Shown: positions 1 through 8,564 of the stretch, piece by piece | How the letters are laid out: every line of letters starts with the position of its first letter | Position numbering within the stretch: position 1 is the first letter of the stretch | Source: Acidimicrobiia bacterium UBA6912 | GTDB taxonomy: Bacteria; Actinomycetota; Acidimicrobiia; Spongiisociales; UBA5794 | Assembly: GCA_002450985.1 (NCBI GenBank) | Contig: DKBA01000001.1 | Span: 1 to 43,436, forward strand | Direction of reading: 5' to 3' | DNA: 43,436 nucleotides | Program-made: the position numbers and the translations under genes | Notes under the pieces: model-generated | What the model saw: only the letters and a program-made list of their open reading frames with translations | Database searches by the model: none | Told to the model about the DNA's origin: nothing

Positions 1-103
1 ACCTGCTGCTGATCGGTCGTCGCCGCCGCCTCGTGACCCCGGGACCTCGATGCGTCGCGATGCTGTCCGGCGGGGGTCGTGATGGCACCTCCGAGGGGTG
101 GCG

Positions 104-835
104 CTAGCGCGACTGGGGAGGGACGCGCACCACGACCGGCTCCGGAGACGCGCCGCCGAAGACCCATTGCGCGATGTGCTCGGCGACCCAGGCGGGGGTG
201 TTCATCGCCTGTTCCTCGTGGTATTTGCGGAACATGTCGACCTCATGGACCACCGACTCGTCCTGGGCGCGAATGCTCTTCTGCATGTCGGTCTCGACGA
301 CGCCGGGGGAGACCGCGAGGGCGAGACGCAGGCGATCGCGCTCCTCCAGCGCGAACGTCTCCGTCAGCCGATCGACACCCGCCTTGCCGGCGGCGTAGGG
401 CCCGGTGCCGGCGAGGCCTCGCCGGGCGAGGCCGGAGGAGATGTTGACCAGCGCACCGAGACGATCGGCCTGGTCGAGATGGTCCAGGTACACCTTGGTC
501 CCGTTGAGGACGCCTCCGAGGTTGATGCGGAGGTGCGCCTCGAGATCGGCCCAGGAGACCTCGCGCAGCGGGGCGACCGGGTCGAGCACCCCGGCGTTGT
601 TGATCCACAGGTCGATGGGCCCGAGCCGGGAGGCGACCTGCCCGGCGAACTCGGCGAGGCGCGTCGCGTCCGTGACATCGACGGCTGCGGTGACGACATG
701 CGCGCCCCCGAGGCCCGGTTCGTGCCGGGCGCAGGCGCCCACCACCGCTCCGTGGTCGAGGAACCACTCGGCCATGCCGGCGCCCAAGCCCCGGCTCGCA
801 CCCGTGATGACGACAGTCTGTCCGGAGAGGTCCAT
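104..835 (-). CDS. SDR-family NAD(P)-dependent oxidoreductase (243 aa)
   Basis: N-terminus MDLSGQTVVITGASRGLG (TGxxxGxG Rossmann motif), NNAG, catalytic YAAGK (YxxxK). ATG at 833-835. Lies 30 nt downstream of the hyi-like gene on the same strand. Confidence 0.85.
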   Translation of the reverse strand: MDLSGQTVVITGASRGLGAGMAEWFLDHGAVVGACARHEPGLGGAHVVTAAVDVTDATRLAEFAGQVASRLGPIDLWINNAGVLDPVAPLREVSWADLEAHLRINLGGVLNGTKVYLDHLDQADRLGALVNISSGLARRGLAGTGPYAAGKAGVDRLTETFALEERDRLRLALAVSPGVVETDMQKSIRAQDESVVHEVDMFRKYHEEQAMNTPAWVAEHIAQWVFGGASPEPVVVRVPPQSR

Positions 836-865
836 GCCGGCGCATGGTACCGGCGCCGCTCCGGG

Positions 866-1675
866 TCAGGCGGTGCCGCCTGCCCGGGACCTGCGCTCGT
901 CGGGCGTGAAGGCGGTGCGGAAACGATCGAGGGCTGTCTCCGGGTCGGCCGACGCCCACGCCTCGAGGCCTACGACGCCCGTGTAGCCGAGGTCGGCGAG
1001 CGCCCGGGCCACGGCGGGGTAGTTGATCTCGCCGGTCCCGGGCTCCATCCGCCCAGGAACGTCGGCGACCTGGATCTCACCCACGTAGGGCAGGCACCGC
1101 TCGACGAGTTGGATGAGGTTCCCCTCGCCGATCTGGGCGTGGTAGAGGTCGAGGTTCATCCGCAGGTGCGGGTTGTCGACGGCGGCGACGAGGGTGAAGG
1201 TATCGGCGGCCGCAGCGAACGGTGTGCCGGGGTGATCGACGGCGGTGTTGAGGTTCTCGAGCGTGAAGACGCGGCCGCCCCGCTCGCCCAGCGCGGCGAT
1301 GCGCTCGAGGGTGCGGAGCGCGGCGAGCCACATGGCAGGCGTCGTCACCTCGCTCGGCGCCACAGGGAGCCCATCGGGGTCGAGGCCGGTGCCGTGCAGG
1401 TTGAGACGCGGGCAGTCGAGCCGCTCGGCGACGGCCAGCGACTCCGCGGCGGTGGCGAGGAGCTCATCGGCGCCGCCGGGATCGACGAGGCTGCCCCGCA
1501 GGTAGCCGGTCATCGACGAGAACGTCGCCCCGGTGGCTGCCAGGGCGTCGATGTCCTTGGTTGACCAGTCCCAGATCTCGATGAGGAAGCCGAGGTCGTG
1601 GAGGCGGTGCACCCGGTCGAGGAACGGCAGCTCGGTGAACAGCATCTCGGCGCTCGCTGCCAGCTGGAATCCCAC
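866..1675 (-). CDS. Xylose-isomerase-like TIM-barrel protein, hydroxypyruvate-isomerase-like (269 aa)
   Basis: C-terminal part of track ORF 866..2341 (VGFQLAASAEMLFTELPFLDRV..., NLDLYHAQIGEGN, GYTGVVGLEAWA). Start set at GTG 1675 because GAAGGAG (complement of 1681-1687) lies 5 nt upstream; ATG 1699 is the alternative. The long upstream extension runs into the LLM gene and is rejected. Confidence 0.8.
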   Translation of the reverse strand: MGFQLAASAEMLFTELPFLDRVHRLHDLGFLIEIWDWSTKDIDALAATGATFSSMTGYLRGSLVDPGGADELLATAAESLAVAERLDCPRLNLHGTGLDPDGLPVAPSEVTTPAMWLAALRTLERIAALGERGGRVFTLENLNTAVDHPGTPFAAAADTFTLVAAVDNPHLRMNLDLYHAQIGEGNLIQLVERCLPYVGEIQVADVPGRMEPGTGEINYPAVARALADLGYTGVVGLEAWASADPETALDRFRTAFTPDERRSRAGGTA

Positions 1676-2027
1676 GATTGCTCCTTCGTCTCGCACCATG
1701 CCGTGATTCGCCCGGCGGACCGGCCCGCCCGACGGGTTCGCCGATGTGCATGTTGGCACCGAACGCAGCGCACCGATCTCGCCCCAGGGCCACTTGAGGC
1801 CGAAAGACCCGGGCGCCGTGGCGGGCGCCGGGTGCTGGTCCCCATCAGCCAGAACCGGGCGTACGTCGAGGAGAAGACCGGGGTGAGCTCGGACTCCGGG
1901 TGGGGCCTCTACTTCCGGCTGAACCCCGCTGCCGGTGATGCCGTCGATCCCCGAGGAATCGGAGATCTGGGAGATCCTCGCGGGTCGTCTGGCTGGAGCG
2001 ACGGGAGGCCCGGTGACGGCCAGACGG

Positions 2028-3011
2028 TCAGCCGCGGGCGATGAGCGGGGCCAGCGTGGCGCCGAGCAGCGCCACGCGCTCCGGGATGTGGCCGTTGGCG
2101 GGCATGTTGACGGTGAAACCGTCCACGCCGCGGCCGAGGTCGGCGGCGAATCCCTCCGCAACGGTGTCGGGATCCCCGTAGTGGAAACGCCCGAGGAGGC
2201 CGGCGCGCGTCGCGTCATCGAGTGCGGTGATGTCGACGCCCCGGCGCAGGAGGAAGGCAGCCAGCTCGGCTTCGGCCTCCTCCATCGTCGGAGCGATACA
2301 CACCGAGCGCTGCCAGCTGACGGTGATCTCGGAGCGATCACGTCCCAGCCTGGCGCAATGCTCGTCGAGCGCTTGCAGCTTGCGGGGGATGTCCTCGGGC
2401 TGGGCGATCAGGTTGGACTCGTCGGCATACTGCGCCACCATACGAAGCGTCTTCTTCTCGCCGGAGCCGCCGATCATCACCGGGATGCGCCCCACCGGGC
2501 CGGGCTCGTTGATGGCGTTATCGACGCGATAGTGATCGCCGTCGAGCGAAGGTCGCTCACCGCGCAGCATCGGCAAGATGATCTGCAACGCCTCTTCGAG
2601 CTTCTCGAAGCGGTCGGTAAAGGTGCCGAACTCGATGCCGAACGCGTCGTGCTCCAGCTCGTACCATCCGGCGCCGATGCCGAGGTGTGCCCGGCCGCCT
2701 GACACGATGTCGAGGGCGGTCACCGTCTTGGCGAGCACGGCCGGGTTGCGATAGGTGTTGCCGGTGACCAGGGCGCCAAGCCTGACGTTCTGGGTCTCCC
2801 GCGCCAGCGCACCGAGCAGCGTGTAGCACTCGAGCATGTAGTCGTCGGGGTCGCCGAGCATCGGCAGCTGGTAGAAGTGGTCCATCACCAACACGGTGTC
2901 GAATCCTGACGCATCGGCCTCCCTCGCCTGGCGGGCGATGGCGGGGAACAGCTCCGCGGGTCCGGCGTCCGGATAGGTGAAGTTGGGTATTTGATAGCCC
3001 AGGTGCGTCAT
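2028..3011 (-). CDS. Luciferase-like monooxygenase (LLM) class, probably F420-dependent oxidoreductase (327 aa)
   Basis: MTHLGYQIPNFTYPD..., FDTVLVMDHFYQ, GRAHLGIGAGWYELEH. Resembles the Rv1855c-type F420 LLM subfamily from memory, so the cofactor call is inference. TAGGGT lies 6 nt upstream of the ATG, suggesting a leaderless transcript. Confidence 0.85.
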   Translation of the reverse strand: MTHLGYQIPNFTYPDAGPAELFPAIARQAREADASGFDTVLVMDHFYQLPMLGDPDDYMLECYTLLGALARETQNVRLGALVTGNTYRNPAVLAKTVTALDIVSGGRAHLGIGAGWYELEHDAFGIEFGTFTDRFEKLEEALQIILPMLRGERPSLDGDHYRVDNAINEPGPVGRIPVMIGGSGEKKTLRMVAQYADESNLIAQPEDIPRKLQALDEHCARLGRDRSEITVSWQRSVCIAPTMEEAEAELAAFLLRRGVDITALDDATRAGLLGRFHYGDPDTVAEGFAADLGRGVDGFTVNMPANGHIPERVALLGATLAPLIARG

Positions 3012-3017
3012 GACGCC

Positions 3018-3023
3018 ACCCTA
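3018..3023 (-). promoter_or_regulatory. Candidate -10 box (TAGGGT) positioned for a leaderless LLM transcript
   Basis: TAGGGT-GGCGTC-ATG(3011) read on the minus strand. No SD. Confidence 0.3.
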
Positions 3024-3176
3024 TCCGGGTTCGGCGGCCAACCCGTCGACCACGACGGCGATGTGCATGCCTCGTCGACCGCTCCGGGAGGCCGGACGGT
3101 AGCCAGCGCGCGCCGGCGCGCCGCTACGCGCCGGCTTCACCGGACGAGCGAGGGTTGGCGCCACGTGGATGAGCGG

Positions 3177-3473
3177 ATGTGGGAGTTCACGAGCACGCTG
3201 TGGCTGTATCCCGGCGACGGCGGTTGGCACTTCGTGACGCTCCCACCGGACGTCGCCGACGACATCGACCAGGTCGTTGGCGAGCGAAGGGATTTTGGGT
3301 CCGTTCCGGTCCACGCCACCGTTTGGGCCACGACCTGGCGGACCTCGCTCTTCCGGGACGCTGGCGCAGGCTCGTTCGTGCTGCGGGTGAAGAAGGCGGT
3401 GCGTCGCGCCGAGGGGCTCGAAGCCGATGACTCGGTGGCGGTACGTCTGCGCTACGACGCCGATCGGGGGTGA
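3177..3473 (+). CDS. DUF1905-like small protein (98 aa)
   Basis: MWEFTSTLWLYPGDGGWHFVTLPPDVADDI...SFVLRVKKAVRRAEGL resembles the YdeI N-terminal/DUF1905 fold family. The upstream part of track ORF 2991..3473 is R/A-rich and overlaps the LLM start. GTG 3165 is an alternative start. Confidence 0.6.
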   Translation: MWEFTSTLWLYPGDGGWHFVTLPPDVADDIDQVVGERRDFGSVPVHATVWATTWRTSLFRDAGAGSFVLRVKKAVRRAEGLEADDSVAVRLRYDADRG

Positions 3474-3503
3474 CGGGCCGCTCGTCGCCGCGGCACGCCG
3501 GCT

Positions 3504-6128
3504 TCACAGGGACGACGCCAGGGCGAGCGCTTCGTCGACGCCCATACGTCTGCCGCGAGCGATTGCGGACTGGATGTCGTCCCTCGGGTCGCGCATGAGC
3601 ATCCGCACCGGCTCGTACTGGTTCTGCTCGACGTCGGCGATCGTTGCCCCGGTGCGCAGCTTCAGGGTCTCGAGCGCACCGAGGAGGGGTGCCGCCTCCC
3701 GGTCGCTGCCCTCGGCGACCAGCACGGCGGTCTTGAGGTACAACACGAGCACGATCGCAGAGAGGTCGCGGGCCGCAACGAAGAGCAGCAGTGCTGCGTC
3801 CAGATAGCGGCGGGCCTCGCCCAGCCGACCGAGGAGGAAGTGCCCTTGGGCCAGCATGAACTTCGTCCACCCGAGATCGAACGGCGCGTCGAGCGCCTCG
3901 AACTCGGTGGAGGCGAGGGTGGCATAGCGGATCGTCTGGTCGTAGCGCTGGTCATAGGCGGCGAGGTTGCACAGTCCCCAGTAGGCCCGGCCCACGCCGA
4001 GCCGGTCGTCCGTCGCCTCGGCGAGCTCGAGCGACTCGGCGAGATAGCGTTCCGCCCGATCCCTGTCCCGCGGGTGACTGATGGGGAACGAGGCGTTGTA
4101 GAGGGCATTGGCCACGTCGCGGGCGTCGCCGTGCTGCCGCATCAACGCCAGGGATTGTTCGTACGGGCCGACGGCGTCCTTCGTCGCACCCCTCCAGTAG
4201 GCGACGCCGCCTCTGGCCTCGAGGGCGCGGGCCCGAAGCCGCGGGTCGCCCCCTTCCATCGCCAGAACGAGGTCGATGCGTTCCTCCGCCTCGTGGAGAT
4301 GTCCCCGGATCTGCCAGTACCGCCAGAGATCGGCCACCATCCCGAGCGCGAGGTCGACCTCACCTGCAGCAACGGACCATTCGAGTGCGGCGCGCAGGTT
4401 GTCGTGATCGGTCGTCAGCCGGTCCAGCCATCGGGCTTGCTCACTCGTGAGAAGAAAGGGGGCGGCACGTGCTGCGAGGTCGGCGAAGACCGTGGCGTGG
4501 CGGCGGGCGATGATGGCTTCGTGGCCGCGGACCACGAGGGCGGCTCTGGCGTACTCCCGCACGACGACGAGCATCTGGTAGCGGGGCTCGCCCTCGCTGA
4601 CCGTGAGGCGGAGAAGGCTCTGCTCAACGAGGCCCTCCAGACCATCGAGCACCTCGACGCCCAGTTCCTCGGGAGGTCCGCACACCGCCTCGATGTCGGT
4701 GAGGGTGGCGCCGCCGATGAAGACCGAGCAGCGTTCGAACAGCCGTCGCACCGGCTGGGTGAGCAGGTCGTAGCTCCAGCCGATCGTGGTGGTGATGGTG
4801 CGCTGCCGAGGAGGCATGTCCGAGCCCCCGGCGGCGAGGAGACGATTGTCGAGCCGCTCCAGGATGGCGTCGAGGGTGAGGAGCCTCACCCGGGAGGCCG
4901 CGAGCTCGATGGCGAGCGGCAGGCCGTCGAGCCGCCGAGTGATCTCTGCCACCTTTGCGACGCTCGCGTCGGTCACGGCGAAGTCGGGCCGCACGGCGCC
5001 GGCCCGGTCGGTGAAGAGGGCGACTGCGTCGTTGGTGGCAACCGACGCCGCATCCTTGGCTTCGGCGCGCGGAACGGCGAGCGGAGGGACGGGGTAGTCG
5101 TGCTCGGCAGCGATCCGCAGCGGCGCCCGCGAGGTGACGAGCAGCGCCACGCCGGGCGACGACTCCACCAGACGGGCGATGAAGGCGGCGCACGGGAGGA
5201 TCTGCTCCACGTTGTCGAGCACGAGCATCGTGCGCTTGCCGCGGAGATAGCCGAGCAGGTGGTCGGCGGGGGAGACGTTGGCTGCGGTCGTGTGGAGCTC
5301 GAGCGTCTCGAGAATGGCGGTGGGCAGCAGGTCGGGATCGGTGACCGTCTCGAGCGGGACGAAGCTGACCCCGTCCGGGAACGACGGGGCCACCCTTGCG
5401 GCGACCGCAATGGCGAGCCGGGTCTTGCCGGTCCCGCCAGGCCCGGTGAGGGTGACGAGACGGGCCCGCTCCAGCAATGCCGCGACCTCGCGCACCTCCA
5501 CGTCCCTACCGATGAAGCTGGTCGCCTGTGCCGGGAGGCTGATGGAGGTGACATCCGCCGTGCGGAGCGGAGGGAACTCGTGCGCCAGCCCGGCCACGTC
5601 GATCTCGAACAGCCGCTCCGGGCGGGTCAGGTCCCGCAGCAGGTGGGTGCCGAGCTCGCGAATGGTGACGCCATCCGGGAGCCTGGGGCCGATGAGCTCG
5701 GCGGTCGTGGCGGAGACGACGATCTGCCCTCCATTGGCGGCGCCGGCGATTCGCGCCGATCGGTGCACGTCGAGCCCGATGTAGTCGTCGCCGCCGAGGA
5801 TCCCCGCACCGGTGTGTAGGCCCATACGGACCTTGACGAGCGCACCTCGAGGCCACATCGTCTCGGCGATACGCCGCTGGATCGAGGAGGCTGCGGCGAC
5901 TGCGGCGATGGGGTCGGCGAACGCAGCGAAGAACCCATCGCCGATGGTCTTGACCACGACGCCGCGCCCGTCGACCTCGGTGCGCAGGATGGCGTCGTGG
6001 CCGGCGAGCAGCGCGGCGAACGACTCATGCCCGAGCGCCTGGAGCAGTCTTGTCGACCCCTCGATGTCGGTGAAGAGGAACGTCACCGTGCCGGTGGGCA
6101 GCACGCGCCGTTGGGGGGTCGCAGTCAC
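3504..6128 (-). CDS. Class III nucleotidyl cyclase domain fused to a P-loop (NB-ARC/STAND-like) NTPase and TPR-like repeats (874 aa)
   Basis: Cyclase motifs VTFLFTDIEGST, KTIGDGFFAAF, LDVHRSARIAG. Walker A LTGPGGTGKTRLA, Walker B MLVLDNVEQ. About 350 aa of C-terminal helical repeats and no HTH. Track ORF extends to 6287; I trimmed it to GTG 6128 because TATGAT sits 6 nt upstream and the longer form would overlap the divergent ClC start. Confidence 0.85.
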   Translation of the reverse strand: MTATPQRRVLPTGTVTFLFTDIEGSTRLLQALGHESFAALLAGHDAILRTEVDGRGVVVKTIGDGFFAAFADPIAAVAAASSIQRRIAETMWPRGALVKVRMGLHTGAGILGGDDYIGLDVHRSARIAGAANGGQIVVSATTAELIGPRLPDGVTIRELGTHLLRDLTRPERLFEIDVAGLAHEFPPLRTADVTSISLPAQATSFIGRDVEVREVAALLERARLVTLTGPGGTGKTRLAIAVAARVAPSFPDGVSFVPLETVTDPDLLPTAILETLELHTTAANVSPADHLLGYLRGKRTMLVLDNVEQILPCAAFIARLVESSPGVALLVTSRAPLRIAAEHDYPVPPLAVPRAEAKDAASVATNDAVALFTDRAGAVRPDFAVTDASVAKVAEITRRLDGLPLAIELAASRVRLLTLDAILERLDNRLLAAGGSDMPPRQRTITTTIGWSYDLLTQPVRRLFERCSVFIGGATLTDIEAVCGPPEELGVEVLDGLEGLVEQSLLRLTVSEGEPRYQMLVVVREYARAALVVRGHEAIIARRHATVFADLAARAAPFLLTSEQARWLDRLTTDHDNLRAALEWSVAAGEVDLALGMVADLWRYWQIRGHLHEAEERIDLVLAMEGGDPRLRARALEARGGVAYWRGATKDAVGPYEQSLALMRQHGDARDVANALYNASFPISHPRDRDRAERYLAESLELAEATDDRLGVGRAYWGLCNLAAYDQRYDQTIRYATLASTEFEALDAPFDLGWTKFMLAQGHFLLGRLGEARRYLDAALLLFVAARDLSAIVLVLYLKTAVLVAEGSDREAAPLLGALETLKLRTGATIADVEQNQYEPVRMLMRDPRDDIQSAIARGRRMGVDEALALASSL

Positions 6129-6134
6129 CAGTCG

Positions 6135-6140
6135 ATCATA
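6135..6140 (-). promoter_or_regulatory. Candidate -10 box (TATGAT) positioned for a leaderless cyclase-STAND transcript
   Basis: TATGAT-CGACTG-GTG(6128) read on the minus strand. Confidence 0.35.
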
Positions 6141-6252
6141 CGGCCGGACCGGTTTCGCAGTCGGAGGTTCTTCTCTCCAGCTCGACGGCACCGCGGCGTC
6201 CAGGTGGGCCGAACGTCGATGGGGAAGGAAGCCGGGCCCGCCGTCCGGGGCG

Positions 6253-6258
6253 TACCCT
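6253..6258 (+). promoter_or_regulatory. Candidate -10 box (TACCCT) upstream of the ClC GTG start
   Basis: TACCCT-GGTCGCC-GTG(6266). Confidence 0.25.
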
Positions 6259-6265
6259 GGTCGCC

Positions 6266-8257
6266 GTGTCTCGTCTCGGCCGCTCACTTCGCCTGATCCG
6301 CATCGGTGAGACGCCGCGACTCATGACGCTGGCCGGACTCGTGGGCGTGGGAGCGGGTCTCGGGGCCGTGGTGCTGATCACTGCCATCGAGCTGGTGACG
6401 TCGACGGCCGGCTGGATCGGCGACACCCTCTCGCTTGGCCGGTTCTGGCCGCTGGTGATCTTGCCGGTTGGGATCTGGCTGTCGTGGCAGCTCACGTCTC
6501 GGTTCGCGCCCGAAGCAGCGGGCCATGGCGTCCCGCATATCATCGCCGCCATCGCCCTGCGCGCCGGCACGATCCGGTCGCGGCTCATCACCGTGAAGAC
6601 GACCGCTACGGCGGTGACCATCGGGAGCGGTGGCTCAGTGGGGCGCGAAGGCTCGATCGCCCAGATCGGCGCATCGATCGGCTCGTGGATCGCACGGAAG
6701 GCCCGACGCCGCGAGAACGACGTACGGGTGCTCGTCGCTGCGGGAGCGGGCGCCGGGATCAGTGCGACGTTCAACGCGCCGATCGCCGGGATGCTGTTCG
6801 CCATGGAGGTCATCCTCCAGGAGTTCGCCCTTCGGCACGTGCACACCATCGTGATCGCCTCCGTTGCCGGGGCGGTCGTCAGCCGTTCGATCATCGGCGA
6901 GGAGCTGACGTTCCAGGTGTCGCCCTACTCCCTCGACGATCCCAGCCAGTTGCTGCTCTACGCGCTCCTCGGGCTGGCGTGCGTGGCGGGTGCGTGGTTC
7001 TTCCTGGTCGGCCTCGATTGGTTCGAGATCGTGCCGCGGCGGATGCCGGCATGGCTGCGCCCTCTCGTGCTCGGGTCGGTGGTCGCCTTGCTGGGACTGC
7101 TTCATCCCGAGGTGCTCGGCACGGGTCAGGACTTCGTCGGCGGGCTGCTGCGGGGCGAGGGCGACCTCGCATGGTGGACGCTCGGGATCCTCGCCGTGTC
7201 GAAGGCCATCGCCACCTCCGCCACGCTGGGCGGTCGGGGGGCAGGGGGCATCTTCATGCCGAGCCTGTTCATCGGGGCCGCCACCGGTTCGGGTGCAGCG
7301 CTCCTGTTCGCCAGGGTGTGGTCGTGGAGCGAGGTCCAGCCCGGCGCTTTTGCGCTCGTAGGAATGGCGGCCACGTTCTCCGCCGTCGCCCGGGCGCCGC
7401 TGACCTCGATCCTCATCGTGTTCGAGATCACCGGCGACTACGGGCTGGTGTTGCCGCTCATGATCGCTACCGCGATCAGCACGATCCTCGCCGGCGTCGT
7501 GCGTCCCGAGAGCGCCTACACGGCGCCGCTCGCCCGCATGGGGATCCATCCCGTGCACGCAGGTGTCACCGACCTCCTCGACACGATCAGGGTCGGCGAT
7601 GTGGTCGGTCGGGGCACGGTCACGGTTGCGCTGGACGCGACGCTCGGCGAGGTGCAGGGAGTGCTCCATCGCGCCCATCTTCGCGGGGTGCCCGTCGTCT
7701 CCGACGGCCGGCTCGCGGGCATCGTGGCAGAGAGCGACATCGCCCGTGCGGGCGGTCCCTCCGATCAGATCACCGCCGCGGACGTGATGACCCCGAGCCC
7801 GGCGACGGTCAACATGGACACGCGCGTGTCCGAAGCCCTCGAGCGTATGGCGGCGCTCGGGGTGGGAAGGCTGCCGGTCGTGGCGTCGCACGACCCGGAC
7901 CGCCTGCTCGCGGTCTTCCGGCGCGAGGACGTGATCGCCGGATACCACCAAGCGCTGAGCGTCACCGCACGAGCGCATGCCGTGCCCGAGAGGGTGCGCG
8001 CCCGCACCCAGGCCGGGGCCGAGTTCTTCGAGCTCACCGTGCCGCCCGGTTCCGTTGCCGACGGCCGCAAGGTGAGCGAGGTTCCGTGGCCGGAGGGCTG
8101 CCTGCTCGTCTCGATCCATCGTGGTACCGAACAGATCGTGCCGTCGGGCGCCACCGCGCTGATCGCCGGCGACGCCATCACCATGTTTGGCGGACTCGAA
8201 GCGCACGCCCGGCTCGTCGAACGCCTCGCGGCGAGCGCGGAGCCGCCCGCCGGTTGA
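6266..8257 (+). CDS. ClC-family voltage-gated chloride channel/antiporter with C-terminal CBS pair and TrkA-C (RCK_C)-like domain (663 aa)
   Basis: GREGSIAQIG (GxEGP-type), GISATFNAPIAGMLFAMEV, GGIFMPSLFIGA (GxFxP-type), many hydrophobic helices. Two CBS-like units (VVGRGTVTVALDATLGEV...VPVVSDGRLAGIVAESDI; VMTPSPATVNMDTRVSEA...LPVVASHD). Tail FFELTVPPGSVADGRKVSEV...LLVSIHRGTEQIVPSGATALIAGDAITMFG is typical of TrkA-C. Start GTG 6266 (TACCCT 7 nt upstream) or ATG 6323. Confidence 0.9.
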   Translation: MSRLGRSLRLIRIGETPRLMTLAGLVGVGAGLGAVVLITAIELVTSTAGWIGDTLSLGRFWPLVILPVGIWLSWQLTSRFAPEAAGHGVPHIIAAIALRAGTIRSRLITVKTTATAVTIGSGGSVGREGSIAQIGASIGSWIARKARRRENDVRVLVAAGAGAGISATFNAPIAGMLFAMEVILQEFALRHVHTIVIASVAGAVVSRSIIGEELTFQVSPYSLDDPSQLLLYALLGLACVAGAWFFLVGLDWFEIVPRRMPAWLRPLVLGSVVALLGLLHPEVLGTGQDFVGGLLRGEGDLAWWTLGILAVSKAIATSATLGGRGAGGIFMPSLFIGAATGSGAALLFARVWSWSEVQPGAFALVGMAATFSAVARAPLTSILIVFEITGDYGLVLPLMIATAISTILAGVVRPESAYTAPLARMGIHPVHAGVTDLLDTIRVGDVVGRGTVTVALDATLGEVQGVLHRAHLRGVPVVSDGRLAGIVAESDIARAGGPSDQITAADVMTPSPATVNMDTRVSEALERMAALGVGRLPVVASHDPDRLLAVFRREDVIAGYHQALSVTARAHAVPERVRARTQAGAEFFELTVPPGSVADGRKVSEVPWPEGCLLVSIHRGTEQIVPSGATALIAGDAITMFGGLEAHARLVERLAASAEPPAG

Positions 8258-8564
8258 GGGGCGCGGCGCTGCGATGTCACAGCCGGCCGAGCAGCGAGGC
8301 GGTCATGCCATCGTCGACTGTGCCGGAGACGATGGCGAGCTGATCGGTCCATCCCTCACTGAACACGCCATCGGTCGTGAGTGAGAGACGGGTGAGGTTC
8401 TGGGCGAGAGCTGCGAGACCTCGACTGCGCACCTTGGGGACGTTCGAGCCGTCAGCGGGAACGGCCCGGCGGTCTCGTCCGGGGATCTTCGCACCGGGCT
8501 CGCGACGTCCGCGTGAGACCGAGGCTGCGTGACGGGCGGCGAGAGTGGGCCGGCGCGGGCGGGC

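Noticed and set aside
1-107. Possible 3' end of a plus-strand gene entering from the left edge (…LLLIGRRRRLVTPGPRCVAMLSGGGRDGTSEGWR*, stop at 105-107)
   Set aside because: Only 35 codons are visible, the composition is not diagnostic, and it would overlap the SDR stop. This is not enough evidence to call a feature.
8187-8384. 65-aa plus-strand track ORF between ClC and the hydrolase (…MSQPAEQRGGHAIVDCAGDDGELIGPSLTEHAIGRE)
   Set aside because: It overlaps the ClC 3' end. Its third-position GC is lower than that of the opposite-strand frame over the same codons, and it has no SD.
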